From Arcobacteraceae bacterium (GTDB lineage: Bacteria > Campylobacterota > Campylobacteria > Campylobacterales > Arcobacteraceae), in contig JBLWVX010000006.1 of NCBI GenBank assembly GCA_048268245.1, forward strand, positions 1-64,000: a DNA stretch of 64,000 bases, read 5' to 3'. Every line of letters begins with the position of its first letter. Within the stretch, counting starts at the first letter, position 1. Positions 10,271 through 21,582 of the stretch are shown here, piece by piece. Both the position numbers and the translations under genes were made by a program. The notes beneath the pieces are model-generated. The model saw only the letters and a program-made list of their open reading frames with translations. It was not told the origin of the DNA and made no database searches.

Positions 10271-11101
10271 TTAAAGTATCTCATGTAAGCTATTTGCTTT
10301 TTTCATCCACTCTTTTAAATCATCATAGTCTTCTTCTTCAACCATAGTTCTTACTTTTTTCATATGATCTTCAAATAAATCAATAGATTTTAAAAGGTTT
10401 TCTCTATTTTGTTTAAAAATATCAGTCCACATATCAGGACTTGATTTAGCAATTCTACTCATATCTTTAAATCCACCAGCTGCTAGTGCTATAATAGATT
10501 TAGGATCTTCATGACCCATAACTGTATTTGCTAGTGAGTATGAAATAGCATGTGGTAAATGAGACATATAACAAGCATGAATATCATGTTCGTCTGAATC
10601 CATCACTACAATTCTCATACCAATTGCTTGGAAAACTTTAAAGGCTCTATTTACATGTATGTTTTCATTGTCTTCAAGATTACATAAAACTACAGTTTTA
10701 CCTTCATATAAATCATCAATAGCAGCTTTGGGTCCAGATTTTTCTGTACCTGTCATTGGATGTGCTGCTATAAAATTTTGTCTAATAGATTCTGGAATGT
10801 TTTTTACAATAAAATCTTTAGTTGAGCCTAAATCCATAATAGTTGTATTATCTTTGATATCCAAAAACTCTGGAATCATAGAGATTATATTATCAACTGG
10901 AATTGCTAAAACAATTAAGTCACATTTTTCTTTTAGTGTTTTAATGTCTACTAACTCATCTACAAGATTTAATTCTGTAATCTCTTTTTTTGATTTTTCA
11001 CTTCTTGCGTAACCGTACACCTTTGTGGCTATTGCATATCTTTTTACAGCCTTTGCAAAAGAACCACCCATTAGTCCTAAACCAACAATTCCTATATTCA
11101 A
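10271..11101 (-). CDS. tyrA: Prephenate dehydrogenase
   Basis: GLGLMGGS, DLGSTK, HPMTGTE, EHD...SHLPH, GFKDMSRIA. Confidence 0.93.
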   Translation of the reverse strand: MNIGIVGLGLMGGSFAKAVKRYAIATKVYGYARSEKSKKEITELNLVDELVDIKTLKEKCDLIVLAIPVDNIISMIPEFLDIKDNTTIMDLGSTKDFIVKNIPESIRQNFIAAHPMTGTEKSGPKAAIDDLYEGKTVVLCNLEDNENIHVNRAFKVFQAIGMRIVVMDSDEHDIHACYMSHLPHAISYSLANTVMGHEDPKSIIALAAGGFKDMSRIAKSSPDMWTDIFKQNRENLLKSIDLFEDHMKKVRTMVEEEDYDDLKEWMKKANSLHEIL

Positions 11102-11201
11102 ATTTATACCTTTTCTTATAATAATTTCGAGATTATATCTTAATATTTATATAATCTATATTTAGCTATATTATTGACTTATTAAGAAATTAAGGAAAGT
11201 C

Positions 11202-13451
11202 GTGAAAAATAAAGCAGTACTATTTTCTTTAGCGTGTGCAACAGCACTTTGTGCAAACACGATAAAATCTATTGAATATAAAAATTTGAATAAAATATCG
11301 CCTAAAATCGTAAATGAAACTTTAGGCTTTAAAGCTGGTGACAAACTTGATAATGAAAAGTTAAATAATGCTATAAAAAAGTTTTATGACTTCGGTTATT
11401 TTGATGATATAGTTGTCTTTAATAATAACGGTAATATTGAATTAGTATTTAATGAGAAACCTTCTATTGCAAAGGTTGAAATTAAAGGTTATAAAACAAG
11501 AGAAGACGAAATTGAAATCATGAAAGATTTTATGAAAGTTAAAAAAGGTGTTATGTATACTAAGCAAAGACTAGAAGAAGGTAAGAAGGTAATTCTTGAT
11601 CTTTTAGAAAGCGAAGGATACATAAATTCTGTAGTTGAGATAGATACAGAAAAATTAAATGAAAACTCTGTAAAAGTTACTTATAATGTAAATAAAGGTG
11701 ATGAAATTATCATTAAAAAAGCAAACTATTATGGTGCAGATAAGCTTGATGAAGATGACTTTGAAGATGTAACAGCAAATAATAAAAAAGAGTTTGCTTC
11801 ATGGTGGTTTGGCCAAAATAGTGGTGAAGTAAAAGTAGATGAACTTAAATTTGATTCTAGAAGAATAAATGAACTATATTTTGAAAATGGTTATTTAGAC
11901 GCACAAGTTAAAAAACCATATTTAAATATAGATTTTGCTTCAAATCAAGCAAATCTTGATTTCTTTATTACAGAGGGACAAAAATATACTACGAATGATA
12001 TAAAAATCTATGTAGACTCTACTATTGTAGATCCTAAGTATCTTCAAGAAAATTTAGATTTAATTATTGGAAATACTTTTAATATTAAAAAATTAAGAGC
12101 TGACCAAGCTTTTATTAAAACTCAAGTTGCAAATCAAGGTTACGCTTTTGCACAAGTTAAGTTTGATATTAAGAAAAATACAAAAGATTCAACTATTGAT
12201 GTTGTATTTAATGTAATTCCAGGAAATAAAGTTTATATAAATGATGTAAAAATCTCTGGAAATTCAAGAACTTTAGATAGAGTTATAAGAAGAAATGTAT
12301 ATTTAGCACCAGGTGATTTATATAATGCAACTGATTTAAAAGACTCTATTTCAAAACTTAGAAGAACAAGAAGTTTTGATGATGTAAAAATTGAAGAAAA
12401 AAGAGTTTCAGAAGATAAAATAGATTTACTTGTAAAAGTAGTTGAAACTTCTACAGGTTCACTTATTGTTGGTGGTGGATATGGTTCATATGATAAACTT
12501 ATGATTAATGCTTCTGTTAATGATTCAAGTATTTTTGGTTCAGGTATTGGTGTTGGAGTAAATGCTGATTTATCTGCAACAAGAAGTAAATTTTCATTTA
12601 ATGTAAAAAACCCAGCTATTAATGATAGTGAATATAATGGTGAATTTGAAATCCATAATAGCGATGATGAAATCACAAGAGATACATATGATTTAAATAA
12701 AAACTCTTTAGGTTTCTCTGTTTCAGTTGGAAAAGAAGTTGTAAGAGATATGTATGTTGGTTTAAGATATAGATTTGATACTATTGAAGAAGATTATCAA
12801 TATGATGATGCATCAAAAAATACTGACCCTAGATATTATTCAGATGCTCAGTATATTACAAGTTCAATTACTCCATATCTAAACTTTGATAATACGGATG
12901 ATTTTTATGTTCCAAGAGAAGGTTATAAAATGTCATCATCTTTAGAGTTTGCAGGTGTTGGTGGAGATTCAGAATATCTAAAATCAACTACTTCATTTAA
13001 ATACTTCTACTCTATTGAAGATATGACTGAACTTGATTGGATCTTTAGATTTAAAACACAAATGAAAGTGTTAGCTGATTTGGGTCAATTAAATCCAGGG
13101 GATTCTTTATATATGGGTGGTCCTAGATCACTTAGAGGATATAAATCTTATGCCTTTGGTCCAAATAATGAAGAAGGACGAATTGAGCCTGCTTATAAAA
13201 GATTATGGACTAACTCTTTAGAGTTAAACTTCCCATTATCAGATAGTGCAAAAATGAGATGGGGATTATTTTATGATTACGGTATGACAGGAGTTGATGA
13301 CTTTACTGATGTACAAAGATCAAGTACTGGTGCCCTACTTGAGTGGATTTCACCAGTTGGACCGCTACAGTTAATCTTTGCACAACCACTAGATGATGAA
13401 GCAGGAGATGAGACTTCATCATTTGAATTCTCACTAGGAGCTAGTTTTTAA
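11202..13451 (+). CDS. bamA: Outer membrane protein assembly factor BamA
   Basis: Signal peptide, POTRA repeats, LRGY motif, SPVGP, C-terminal Phe. Confidence 0.93.
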   Translation: MKNKAVLFSLACATALCANTIKSIEYKNLNKISPKIVNETLGFKAGDKLDNEKLNNAIKKFYDFGYFDDIVVFNNNGNIELVFNEKPSIAKVEIKGYKTREDEIEIMKDFMKVKKGVMYTKQRLEEGKKVILDLLESEGYINSVVEIDTEKLNENSVKVTYNVNKGDEIIIKKANYYGADKLDEDDFEDVTANNKKEFASWWFGQNSGEVKVDELKFDSRRINELYFENGYLDAQVKKPYLNIDFASNQANLDFFITEGQKYTTNDIKIYVDSTIVDPKYLQENLDLIIGNTFNIKKLRADQAFIKTQVANQGYAFAQVKFDIKKNTKDSTIDVVFNVIPGNKVYINDVKISGNSRTLDRVIRRNVYLAPGDLYNATDLKDSISKLRRTRSFDDVKIEEKRVSEDKIDLLVKVVETSTGSLIVGGGYGSYDKLMINASVNDSSIFGSGIGVGVNADLSATRSKFSFNVKNPAINDSEYNGEFEIHNSDDEITRDTYDLNKNSLGFSVSVGKEVVRDMYVGLRYRFDTIEEDYQYDDASKNTDPRYYSDAQYITSSITPYLNFDNTDDFYVPREGYKMSSSLEFAGVGGDSEYLKSTTSFKYFYSIEDMTELDWIFRFKTQMKVLADLGQLNPGDSLYMGGPRSLRGYKSYAFGPNNEEGRIEPAYKRLWTNSLELNFPLSDSAKMRWGLFYDYGMTGVDDFTDVQRSSTGALLEWISPVGPLQLIFAQPLDDEAGDETSSFEFSLGASF

Positions 13452-14539
13452 TGGTTAAGAAATTTGAAAACAAAATAGATAAAGATATTATAAATAGAAG
13501 AATATCAAATGAAGAAGCATTAGATTTAATTCAAAATGCTTCACTTTTAGAATTAGGTGAATTAGCATCTTTAAAAAAAGACCAATTACACCCAAATAAA
13601 GTAACTACATTTATTGTAGATAGAAATATTAACTATACAAATGTTTGTTGGGTTGATTGTAAATTTTGTGCATTTTATAGACATGGTAGAGATGAAGATT
13701 CATATGTATTAAAGTTTGATGAAATTGATAAAAAAATTGATGAACTGCTTGAAATTGGTGGAACACAAATTTTATTTCAAGGTGGTGTTCATCCAAAATT
13801 AAAAATTGATTATTATGAAGAATTAGTTGAGCATATTCATACAAAATATCCTCAAATTACTATTCATGGGTTTTCAGCTATTGAAATTCATTTTATTGCA
13901 AGAGTATCAAAAATCTCTAAACTTGAAGTTTTAAAAAGACTACAAGCTAAAGGTTTAAGTTCAATTCCAGGAGCTGGAGCTGAAATTTTATCTGATAGAG
14001 TAAGGGATATAATAGCACCAAATAAAATGGATTCTGAAGAGTGGCTTGAAATTCATAGACTTGCTCACTCAATAGGTATGAAAACAACAGCTACTATGAT
14101 GTTTGGTACAGTTGAAACTGATGAAGAGATTATTGAACACTGGGAGATGCTTAGAAAACTACAGGATGAAACTGGTGGATTTAGAGCCTTCATTATGTGG
14201 TCTTTCCAAGGTCAAAATACTCAGTTAGCAAAAGAGCAACCAGATATTAAACCTCAATCATCAAATAGATATTTAAGATTACTTGCAGTTTCAAGACTAT
14301 ATTTAGATAATTTCAAAAATATGCAAAGTTCTTGGGTAACACAAGGTTCATATATAGGTCAAATGGCTTTAAAATTTGGAGCTAATGATTTAGGTTCTAC
14401 AATGATGGAAGAGAATGTAGTAAAAGCAGCAGGTGCAGCAAATAGAATGAATCAAGAAGAAATGATAAGATTGATTAAAGATGTTGATGAAAAACCAGCA
14501 AAAAGAAATACTGCATATGAGATACTTGAAAGGTATTAA
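13451..14539 (+). CDS. mqnC: Dehypoxanthine futalosine cyclase (radical SAM)
   Basis: DRNINYTNVCWVDCKFCAFY, PGAGAEI, GANDLGSTMMEENV. Confidence 0.9.
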   Translation: MVKKFENKIDKDIINRRISNEEALDLIQNASLLELGELASLKKDQLHPNKVTTFIVDRNINYTNVCWVDCKFCAFYRHGRDEDSYVLKFDEIDKKIDELLEIGGTQILFQGGVHPKLKIDYYEELVEHIHTKYPQITIHGFSAIEIHFIARVSKISKLEVLKRLQAKGLSSIPGAGAEILSDRVRDIIAPNKMDSEEWLEIHRLAHSIGMKTTATMMFGTVETDEEIIEHWEMLRKLQDETGGFRAFIMWSFQGQNTQLAKEQPDIKPQSSNRYLRLLAVSRLYLDNFKNMQSSWVTQGSYIGQMALKFGANDLGSTMMEENVVKAAGAANRMNQEEMIRLIKDVDEKPAKRNTAYEILERY

Positions 14540-14544
14540 GTCTA

Positions 14545-15834
14545 ATGAAACTTTCAAAACTTTTATTAGCAACAATGATTATACAAGGGAGTTTAATGAG
14601 TGCTGTAATAAAGCATATAAAAATAGATGATATTAAAGTACCTGTAATTTTTGAAGAACAAAAAAGTTTACCAACATTAAACTTACAATTAGTTTTTCAA
14701 GACTCAGGTTATATTCAAGACAAAGAAAAAAATGGATTAGTAAGTCTTTCTTCAAAGCTTTTAAATGAAGGAACAAAAGAGTTAGGTTCTACAAAGTTTG
14801 CACAAAAACTAGAAGAAAATGCCATCTCTTTAAATGCTTCAAATGGATTTGAAACATTTGTGATTGAGTTATCTAACATTAAAGATGTTAGTAATAAATC
14901 TATTGATTTATTAACTCAACTTTTAAGTTCACCAAATTATAGTGATAACGTTTTAGATAAGTTAAAAACTATACAAATTGGAGCATTAAAAAGAAAAGAG
15001 AATGATTTTGATTATACAGCAAGAAATTTTCTAAAGGCTACACTGTTTGAGAACACACCTTTACAAAACCCAAGTTCTGGGACTATTGAGTCTATTTCTA
15101 AAATTAAATTAGATGATATTAAAGAGTTTTTAGATGAAACATTAGTTTTAAATAAATTAATTGTTGTTGCAGGTGGTGATTTTGATTATGAAGAGTTTAA
15201 AAAACTAATAAAACCACTTTTAAAAACACTTAAAAAAGGTGAGAAACCATCACTTGAAAAAGTTGAATTCAAATCAAAACAAAAAGAAGAAATAGTTTTA
15301 AAAGATACACAACAAGCATATATTTATTTTGGTAGTTCTTATGCTGTAGAAACAAAAGATAAAGACTCTTATATGGCAAAAGTTGCATCATTTATTTTAG
15401 GTGGTTCTGGTTTTGGTTCAAGACTTATGGAAGAAATTAGAGTAAAAAGAGGTTTAGCGTATAGTGCTTATGGATACATTTCAGTTAACAAGTCACACTC
15501 TTACTTTACAGGATATTTACAAACTAAAAATGAAACAGCAAATGAAGCAAAAGAACTAGTAGCTTCAATTGTAAAAGATTTTGTAAAAAAAGGTGTGACA
15601 GCTGAAGAATTAGAAGCTGCAAAAAACTTTTTAACAGGAAGTGAACCTTTAAGAAGTGAGACATTAGCTCAAAGATTAAACAGAGCTTTTACTCTTTACT
15701 ATAGAGGTTTACCTACAGATTATTCTAAAAAAGAGTTAGAAAAAATTCAAAACTTAAAACTTGAAGATTTAAATGAATATATAAAATCTCATGATGAGAT
15801 AAATAAATTAACTTTTGCAATAGTAAGGAAATAG
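14545..15834 (+). CDS. M16 family peptidase-like protein (non-catalytic-type subunit)
   Basis: [23 protein letters not shown]; no HxxEH zinc motif visible. Confidence 0.85.
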   Translation: MKLSKLLLATMIIQGSLMSAVIKHIKIDDIKVPVIFEEQKSLPTLNLQLVFQDSGYIQDKEKNGLVSLSSKLLNEGTKELGSTKFAQKLEENAISLNASNGFETFVIELSNIKDVSNKSIDLLTQLLSSPNYSDNVLDKLKTIQIGALKRKENDFDYTARNFLKATLFENTPLQNPSSGTIESISKIKLDDIKEFLDETLVLNKLIVVAGGDFDYEEFKKLIKPLLKTLKKGEKPSLEKVEFKSKQKEEIVLKDTQQAYIYFGSSYAVETKDKDSYMAKVASFILGGSGFGSRLMEEIRVKRGLAYSAYGYISVNKSHSYFTGYLQTKNETANEAKELVASIVKDFVKKGVTAEELEAAKNFLTGSEPLRSETLAQRLNRAFTLYYRGLPTDYSKKELEKIQNLKLEDLNEYIKSHDEINKLTFAIVRK

Positions 15835-15836
15835 AT

Positions 15837-17108
15837 TTGTTAAGATTTGCACCTAGTCCAACAAGAAGTATGAATATTAGTGATTTAAGAATTGCTATTT
15901 ATAATTATATTGTTTCAAAACAAAAGAATGAAAGTTTAACTGTAAGAATTGAGGATATTGAAAAAGATAAGATAGTAGAAGGAAAAGATAAAGAAATTTT
16001 AGAGCTTTTAAGTCTTTTCTCAATTGATTATTCAAGGGCTGCTCATCAAAGTGACTCTTTAAAATATCACCAAAAAATGGCAATGCAACTTATGGCACAG
16101 AAAAAAGCTTTTGCATGTTTTTGTGGAGATGTAAAGCTTGATGAGTTAAAAGAAGAAGCTAAAAAAGCAGGAAAACCTTTTAAATATGATGGTTTTTGTG
16201 AAACTCTATCTGATGAAACAGTGTTAAATACAAATGCACCTTTTACTGTAAGAATTAAAGAACCAAATTCAAGTATAAGATTTACTGATTTATTACAAGG
16301 TGATTTTAAATTTAAACCTTTGGAGATGAACTCTTTTATTATTTTAAATCACGATAAAACACCAACTTATGATTATGCATGTGCAGTTGATGATATGATT
16401 ATGGATATTTCAACTGTTATAAGAGATGAAAAGTATTTGGATTCTACTGCTAATCAAATTCATGTAAGAAAATCTCTTTCTTATGATAAAAAAATAGACT
16501 ATATTCATTTACCATCTATAAAAGATGCAGAAGATATATCTGTTAAATCATTAATTGAAGAAGGTTTTCTTCCTAGTGCTATAGCTAATTATATAGTAGT
16601 TTTAGGAAATAAAACGCCAAAAGAGATTTTTTCATTAGAAGATGCAATTGAATGGTTAGATATTACAAAAATATCTAAAGAGTCTGTATCTTTTGATATG
16701 GATAAATTAAAGCAAATAAATAAAAAGCATTTGGAAATTTTAGATGATATGCGGCTATCTAAGATCTTAGGTTATGCTGATACGGATTTAGGTAAGCTTG
16801 GTAAGATTCTTCTAGAAAAATCTTCGACTATAAAAGAAATAAAAATAAAGCTTAATAATATCTTTGCTCAAAAAGCAACTTTCGAAGGCTATGAAAAAGA
16901 GTTTGTAGAAATTAAACTTTGCGTACAAGATGCACCTTTCTTTGAAAACTGTGAAGATTTAGTAAACTATGTATCAGAGAAAACTGGTTTTAAAGATGAG
17001 TCTTTACAAAAACCTTTAAGTTATATATTAACTGCTCAAGATGATTATTCAAAATTAATGAATATTTATCCTTTAATTAAAAATTATATAGGAGAGATTG
17101 TAAAATGA
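15837..17108 (+). CDS. gltX: Glutamyl-tRNA synthetase 2 homolog with degenerate catalytic motifs
   Basis: [19 protein letters not shown] and AVDD are present, but HIGH is replaced by NISD and there is no KMSKR. Confidence 0.85.
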   Translation: MLRFAPSPTRSMNISDLRIAIYNYIVSKQKNESLTVRIEDIEKDKIVEGKDKEILELLSLFSIDYSRAAHQSDSLKYHQKMAMQLMAQKKAFACFCGDVKLDELKEEAKKAGKPFKYDGFCETLSDETVLNTNAPFTVRIKEPNSSIRFTDLLQGDFKFKPLEMNSFIILNHDKTPTYDYACAVDDMIMDISTVIRDEKYLDSTANQIHVRKSLSYDKKIDYIHLPSIKDAEDISVKSLIEEGFLPSAIANYIVVLGNKTPKEIFSLEDAIEWLDITKISKESVSFDMDKLKQINKKHLEILDDMRLSKILGYADTDLGKLGKILLEKSSTIKEIKIKLNNIFAQKATFEGYEKEFVEIKLCVQDAPFFENCEDLVNYVSEKTGFKDESLQKPLSYILTAQDDYSKLMNIYPLIKNYIGEIVK

Positions 17109-17377
17109 TAGATGCACTTTTAACTTCAATTTTTACAGTTGTTTTAGGGATTATCTTTTTATACAAATGGGTAATCATTATTTCAGCTATTTTATCATGG
17201 GTTAAACCAGATCCTTATAATCCAATAGTTCAAATGTTATATAGATTAACAGAACCTGCTTATGCACTTGTGAGAAAATATATTCCTACAGTTTTTGGAG
17301 GAATGGATTTAGCACCTATTATTTTAATATTTGCTTTAATTTTCTTAGAAACATTTCTAAAAAGTCTAGCCTTTTAA
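17105..17377 (+). CDS. yggT: YggT family membrane protein
   Basis: [12 protein letters not shown]...LTEP...GGMDLAP. Confidence 0.9.
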   Translation: MIDALLTSIFTVVLGIIFLYKWVIIISAILSWVKPDPYNPIVQMLYRLTEPAYALVRKYIPTVFGGMDLAPIILIFALIFLETFLKSLAF

Positions 17378-17379
17378 TT

Positions 17380-19038
17380 ATGAAAAGGCTAGCAACTTCA
17401 CTAATTTGTTTCTTCATACTTACTTCTGCTTCATTAACTGCTAATGAAACAACATTCTTAAAAAAAGACTTTAATCCTACTCTTTCTTGGCTTGAGGAAA
17501 AACCTGAGTCTTATGCCAGAGATTTTTTTATAATTCAATATCTAAATCAAGACAATATCTCAGATGAAGAAGCTAAAAAGGCTTATGACTTAGCAAAAAG
17601 AAAATCAAGTAGAGTAAATAAAGCATATAAAAAATATAGTGATAAAATTCCTATAGAAGACTTAAAATGTTATAGAGCAACTAGTAAAGAACTTTTTTTA
17701 GAAGAAGATAGGTGTTTAGCTTTAGGACTTACATTAAAAGAAGCAACTAAACTTCCTACATCTTATGTAAAAGAAGCTGTAAGAAGAGTTTCAAGCTACC
17801 CTACTTTGATGAATGATTTAGAAATAATAGCGGCAAACCAACCTTTTTTAGAGATTTTAAAAACATTTCCTCATAGATATTATAGAATTTTTTTTGATGT
17901 AGGTGAAGAGTATAGACTAAAAGAGTTAAATCATCCAATGCCAAAAGAGTTTATTAATAAGCTATCACTTGAAAAGGATTTTAATAAATTTGTTAGATAC
18001 ACTATTCCTGATCCCAAATATATCTATATTCAGAAATCGTTATTTGAAGTTGAGGACAATAATCTTTTAACCCATCAAACACTTTTCTTTTTATCTATGA
18101 ATGCTTTGGTGCATAAAAAGGAAGATATAGCTTTAGATTACTTATCAAAAGCTTCTAAAAAAGCATATTTTAGAATGGACAAAGATAAAGTACTTTTTTG
18201 GAACTATCTAATTACAAAAGATAAAGATATTTTAGAACAGCTAAGTAATAGCTGGGATGTTAATATTTATTCACTATATGCAAAAGAGCTTTTAAATAAA
18301 AAGCTTGACAATGTTTTTTATGACTTAGAAATTGTAAATAAAGATACATCTTTTGATATTTATAATCAATTTGATTGGATAGATGTTTTAGATGATATAA
18401 AAAAAGGACTTGATGAAAAGAAACTTTTAAAATATCAAAATGAGATCTTTACAAATAAAGATACTAAACCACATATGGCATATTTACTTGAAAAGTACGC
18501 CAATTATAAAGAACAATATTTTATTACACCATATATGGATGAAGTGAAAAAATATAGTTTAGAAAATCAAGTATATATTTATGCTTTGGGAAGACAAGAG
18601 AGTAGATTTATCCCTTCTTCTATTTCTTTTGCTACAGCTCAAGGAATTATGCAAATCATGCCATTTTTATCAAAGGCTTTAGCAAAACAATTGAATGTTT
18701 CTTATAATATTTATGAACAGTTTATTCCCTCTGTTAATATAAAGTTTGCAAATAAGCATTTAGAAACCTTAAAAAAACAGTTTAATAATAATCCTTTATT
18801 TATAGCATATGCTTATAATGGAGGTCCGGGATATACAAGAAAACAGTTTAAAAGAGGTTTATTTAGTAAAATAAATAAAAAGTATGAACCATTTTTAAGT
18901 ATGGAGTTAATCTCTTATAATGAGACTAGAAGGTATGGTAAAAAAGTACTTGCAAATTATTACATTTATAATAACTATTTGAATAAGAAAAATAAGAAGA
19001 GTTTATCTTCTATTTTTCAAACTTTAACTGCACCTTAA
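17380..19038 (+). CDS. slt: Soluble lytic murein transglycosylase
   Basis: Signal peptide; RQESRF, AQGIMQIMP, AYNGG, ETRRY. Confidence 0.9.
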   Translation: MKRLATSLICFFILTSASLTANETTFLKKDFNPTLSWLEEKPESYARDFFIIQYLNQDNISDEEAKKAYDLAKRKSSRVNKAYKKYSDKIPIEDLKCYRATSKELFLEEDRCLALGLTLKEATKLPTSYVKEAVRRVSSYPTLMNDLEIIAANQPFLEILKTFPHRYYRIFFDVGEEYRLKELNHPMPKEFINKLSLEKDFNKFVRYTIPDPKYIYIQKSLFEVEDNNLLTHQTLFFLSMNALVHKKEDIALDYLSKASKKAYFRMDKDKVLFWNYLITKDKDILEQLSNSWDVNIYSLYAKELLNKKLDNVFYDLEIVNKDTSFDIYNQFDWIDVLDDIKKGLDEKKLLKYQNEIFTNKDTKPHMAYLLEKYANYKEQYFITPYMDEVKKYSLENQVYIYALGRQESRFIPSSISFATAQGIMQIMPFLSKALAKQLNVSYNIYEQFIPSVNIKFANKHLETLKKQFNNNPLFIAYAYNGGPGYTRKQFKRGLFSKINKKYEPFLSMELISYNETRRYGKKVLANYYIYNNYLNKKNKKSLSSIFQTLTAP

Positions 19039-19474
19039 CAGTTTCACCAGAAAGCTCTAAAGTTAAGTTTGTTTCTTTTTTTAAAGTTTCAAACTTAACT
19101 AGATAGTGTTTCCCCCAAGCTCTACTTTCTAAAATTGAGCTATATTTACTATTTTCTTTTATTTCCTCAAAACTTATAGCTTTAAATTTTTCATTTAATA
19201 TTAAATTATAGTTATAGGCTTTAAAGTCCTGATTTTTTTCATCTACAAAATAAGTTGTGATTATGAAAGTCTCTTTTTTAAGTTTTTCTATATTATTCAA
19301 GTATGTAGCCCAAAACAGTACTTTTTGTTCACCATTTTTTATAATATCAGCTTTTTTAGTATGTTGTACAGCTCTGGCTTTTTGTTCATCTGCTTTAAAA
19401 TATGCTAAAGCACTAGTAGAAGAACAACCAACAAATACTGTTGATATAGCTGCTAAAAGTATAGATTTATACAT
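19010..19474 (-). CDS. Hypothetical lipoprotein
   Basis: Lipobox FVGC after a hydrophobic signal; GGAG RBS. Confidence 0.75.
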   Translation of the reverse strand: MYKSILLAAISTVFVGCSSTSALAYFKADEQKARAVQHTKKADIIKNGEQKVLFWATYLNNIEKLKKETFIITTYFVDEKNQDFKAYNYNLILNEKFKAISFEEIKENSKYSSILESRAWGKHYLVKFETLKKETNLTLELSGETVKVQLKFEK

Positions 19475-19593
19475 GTTTTCTCCAAGTTTATATGAAAAGT
19501 AATTTTACTTTAAATATCTAAAATAGAAATTAACTAACATATTTTATATATAAATCTTCAAGAAAATATTGTATTATTCCAAAAAGGAAAAAT

Positions 19594-19965
19594 ATGGATA
19601 CACTATTAGTTATTGCACATGGAAGTAGACTTAAAGAATCAAATGAAGAGATTATAAAATTTGCAAAAAGTATTAAAGATTTAAGTGATGATAGTTTTGA
19701 TGTAAAATATGCTTATTTAGAATTAGCCGAGCCTAATATTTTTGAAGTATTAGAAACTTGCCTTAAAAATAATTCAAGTGGCAAAATTAAAATATTACCT
19801 TATTTTTTAGCAAGAGGAAAGCATGTGAAAGTTGATATTCCAAATGAAATTGATAAGGTTAAAGAAGTATATAGAAATGCAAATATTGAAGTATTACCAC
19901 ATCTAGGAAAGATAGATGGTCTTGCTCAACTTATTATTAATAACTACGCCTTAAATGAAAAATGA
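19594..19965 (+). CDS. CbiX/SirB-family short sirohydrochlorin chelatase
   Basis: IAHGSR, AYLE, PYFLARGKHV..DIP, PHLG. Confidence 0.85.
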   Translation: MDTLLVIAHGSRLKESNEEIIKFAKSIKDLSDDSFDVKYAYLELAEPNIFEVLETCLKNNSSGKIKILPYFLARGKHVKVDIPNEIDKVKEVYRNANIEVLPHLGKIDGLAQLIINNYALNEK

Positions 19966-20010
19966 TCTAATCTAAATATACTTTAACTACAATTTGGATA
20001 AAATCCCACT

Positions 20011-20508
20011 ATGAATAATAAAAGATTAGTGGTGGCTTTATCTGGCCCATCAAATAGTGGAAAAACTACGCTTATTGTTAAATTATCTGAAATACTTCAA
20101 GCTAAAGGATTTAAAGTTTGTATCATAAAGCATGATCCAAAAGATAAAGCTACTTTTGATATTGAAGGAAAAGACTCATATAAATTTAGTCAGACTGGTG
20201 CAAATGTGGCAGTTGTAAGTCCAAATAGAACTACTTTATTTAAAAAACAGACATCTTCTGTTGACGAAATAATTAGTTTATTTGATGAATTTGACTATTT
20301 ACTTGTGGAAGGATTAAAAACATTAGAACTTCCAAGAATTTCTATTTTTAGAAACAAATTAGAAGAATCTTATTTTCCTTGCACAGATGCAATAGCTTGT
20401 GATGATACTATTGATGCAAGTAAAATCCCTACTAATATTTATAAATTAGATTTAAATAATCCAGAAGAGATAATTTCATGGATTGATAAAAACGCAAAAA
20501 GAGTGTAA
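20011..20508 (+). CDS. mobB: Molybdopterin-guanine dinucleotide biosynthesis protein B
   Basis: [23 protein letters not shown]. Confidence 0.92.
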   Translation: MNNKRLVVALSGPSNSGKTTLIVKLSEILQAKGFKVCIIKHDPKDKATFDIEGKDSYKFSQTGANVAVVSPNRTTLFKKQTSSVDEIISLFDEFDYLLVEGLKTLELPRISIFRNKLEESYFPCTDAIACDDTIDASKIPTNIYKLDLNNPEEIISWIDKNAKRV

Positions 20509-20510
20509 TA

Positions 20511-21353
20511 ATGCAAGATATAATTAAAGCAATTGAAGAAGCAAGTATAAAAATCAAAGACCTTATTGAAACAGGTGAAACAGGAAAAAGTGAACAAGAA
20601 AACTCAACAGGTGATACTCAATTAAAACTTGATATTGCAAGTGATGAGATAATTGAAGAGATTTTTAAAGGTGTTGATTCTATTAAAGCAATAGTTTCAG
20701 AAGAACAAGAAGAGATTGTAAACTTAAATGAAAATGGTGAATATTTAATAGCTTATGATCCATTAGACGGATCTTCTTTAGTTGATGTTAATTTATCTGT
20801 TGGTTCAATTTATGGTATTTATAAAAATGAATTCAATGCTAAAAACATTATTGCTTCTGTATATGTTGTATTTGGTCCAAGAGTTGAAATGGTAGTTGCA
20901 ACTGATGATGTAAAAATGTATAGATTACTAAAAGGTAAGTTTGAATTTATTCAAAATATTGTTTTAAATGAAAAAGGTAAACTAAATGCTCCTGGTTCTA
21001 CTCAAAATTGTTGGGCACCTTACCATAAGCAAATGATTGATGATATTTTCCAAGATGGATATAGATTAAGATATTCTGGTGGAATGGTTCCTGATTTACA
21101 TCAAATTTTATTAAAAGGTGGAGGATTATTCTCTTATCCAGGTACTACTGATAGACCAAAAGGTAAATTAAGACAATTATTTGAAGTTTTCCCATTTGCA
21201 TATGTTTATGAGAAAGCAAATGGAGCAGCAGTTGATGGATTTAAAAGAGCTTTAGAAGTTGAAACTACGCATATTCATGATACAACTCCATGTTTCTTTG
21301 GATCTAAAACAGAAATTAATAGAGTATTAGAAGTATATAAAAACAATGGATAA
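20511..21353 (+). CDS. fbp: Class 1 fructose-1,6-bisphosphatase
   Basis: [27 protein letters not shown]. Confidence 0.95.
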   Translation: MQDIIKAIEEASIKIKDLIETGETGKSEQENSTGDTQLKLDIASDEIIEEIFKGVDSIKAIVSEEQEEIVNLNENGEYLIAYDPLDGSSLVDVNLSVGSIYGIYKNEFNAKNIIASVYVVFGPRVEMVVATDDVKMYRLLKGKFEFIQNIVLNEKGKLNAPGSTQNCWAPYHKQMIDDIFQDGYRLRYSGGMVPDLHQILLKGGGLFSYPGTTDRPKGKLRQLFEVFPFAYVYEKANGAAVDGFKRALEVETTHIHDTTPCFFGSKTEINRVLEVYKNNG

Positions 21354-21552
21354 TCAAGAAGAGATTGTTATTGACGAGTGGCAAATAAAGCTTGATCAAA
21401 AACTGCAAGAGCTTAAAACTTGTCAAGAGTCTAAGAGCTTAAAATCTTGTACTCCATGTGAGCAATTTTTTGATTGTGAACTTAGAAAAAGATATGTAAT
21501 CACTGTTTATGAGTCAATGAATAAAGGCTCTGGCGGTGGATTCGAATTTTAA
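21346..21552 (+). CDS. Small conserved Cys-rich hypothetical protein
   Basis: CQ..SCTPC..FDC..R..YV..YESM; overlaps the fbp stop in the fbp-x-metG order seen in Campylobacterota. Confidence 0.8.
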   Translation: MDNQEEIVIDEWQIKLDQKLQELKTCQESKSLKSCTPCEQFFDCELRKRYVITVYESMNKGSGGGFEF

Positions 21553-21582
21553 AATTATTATAAACTATAAAAGAGGTAAAGA

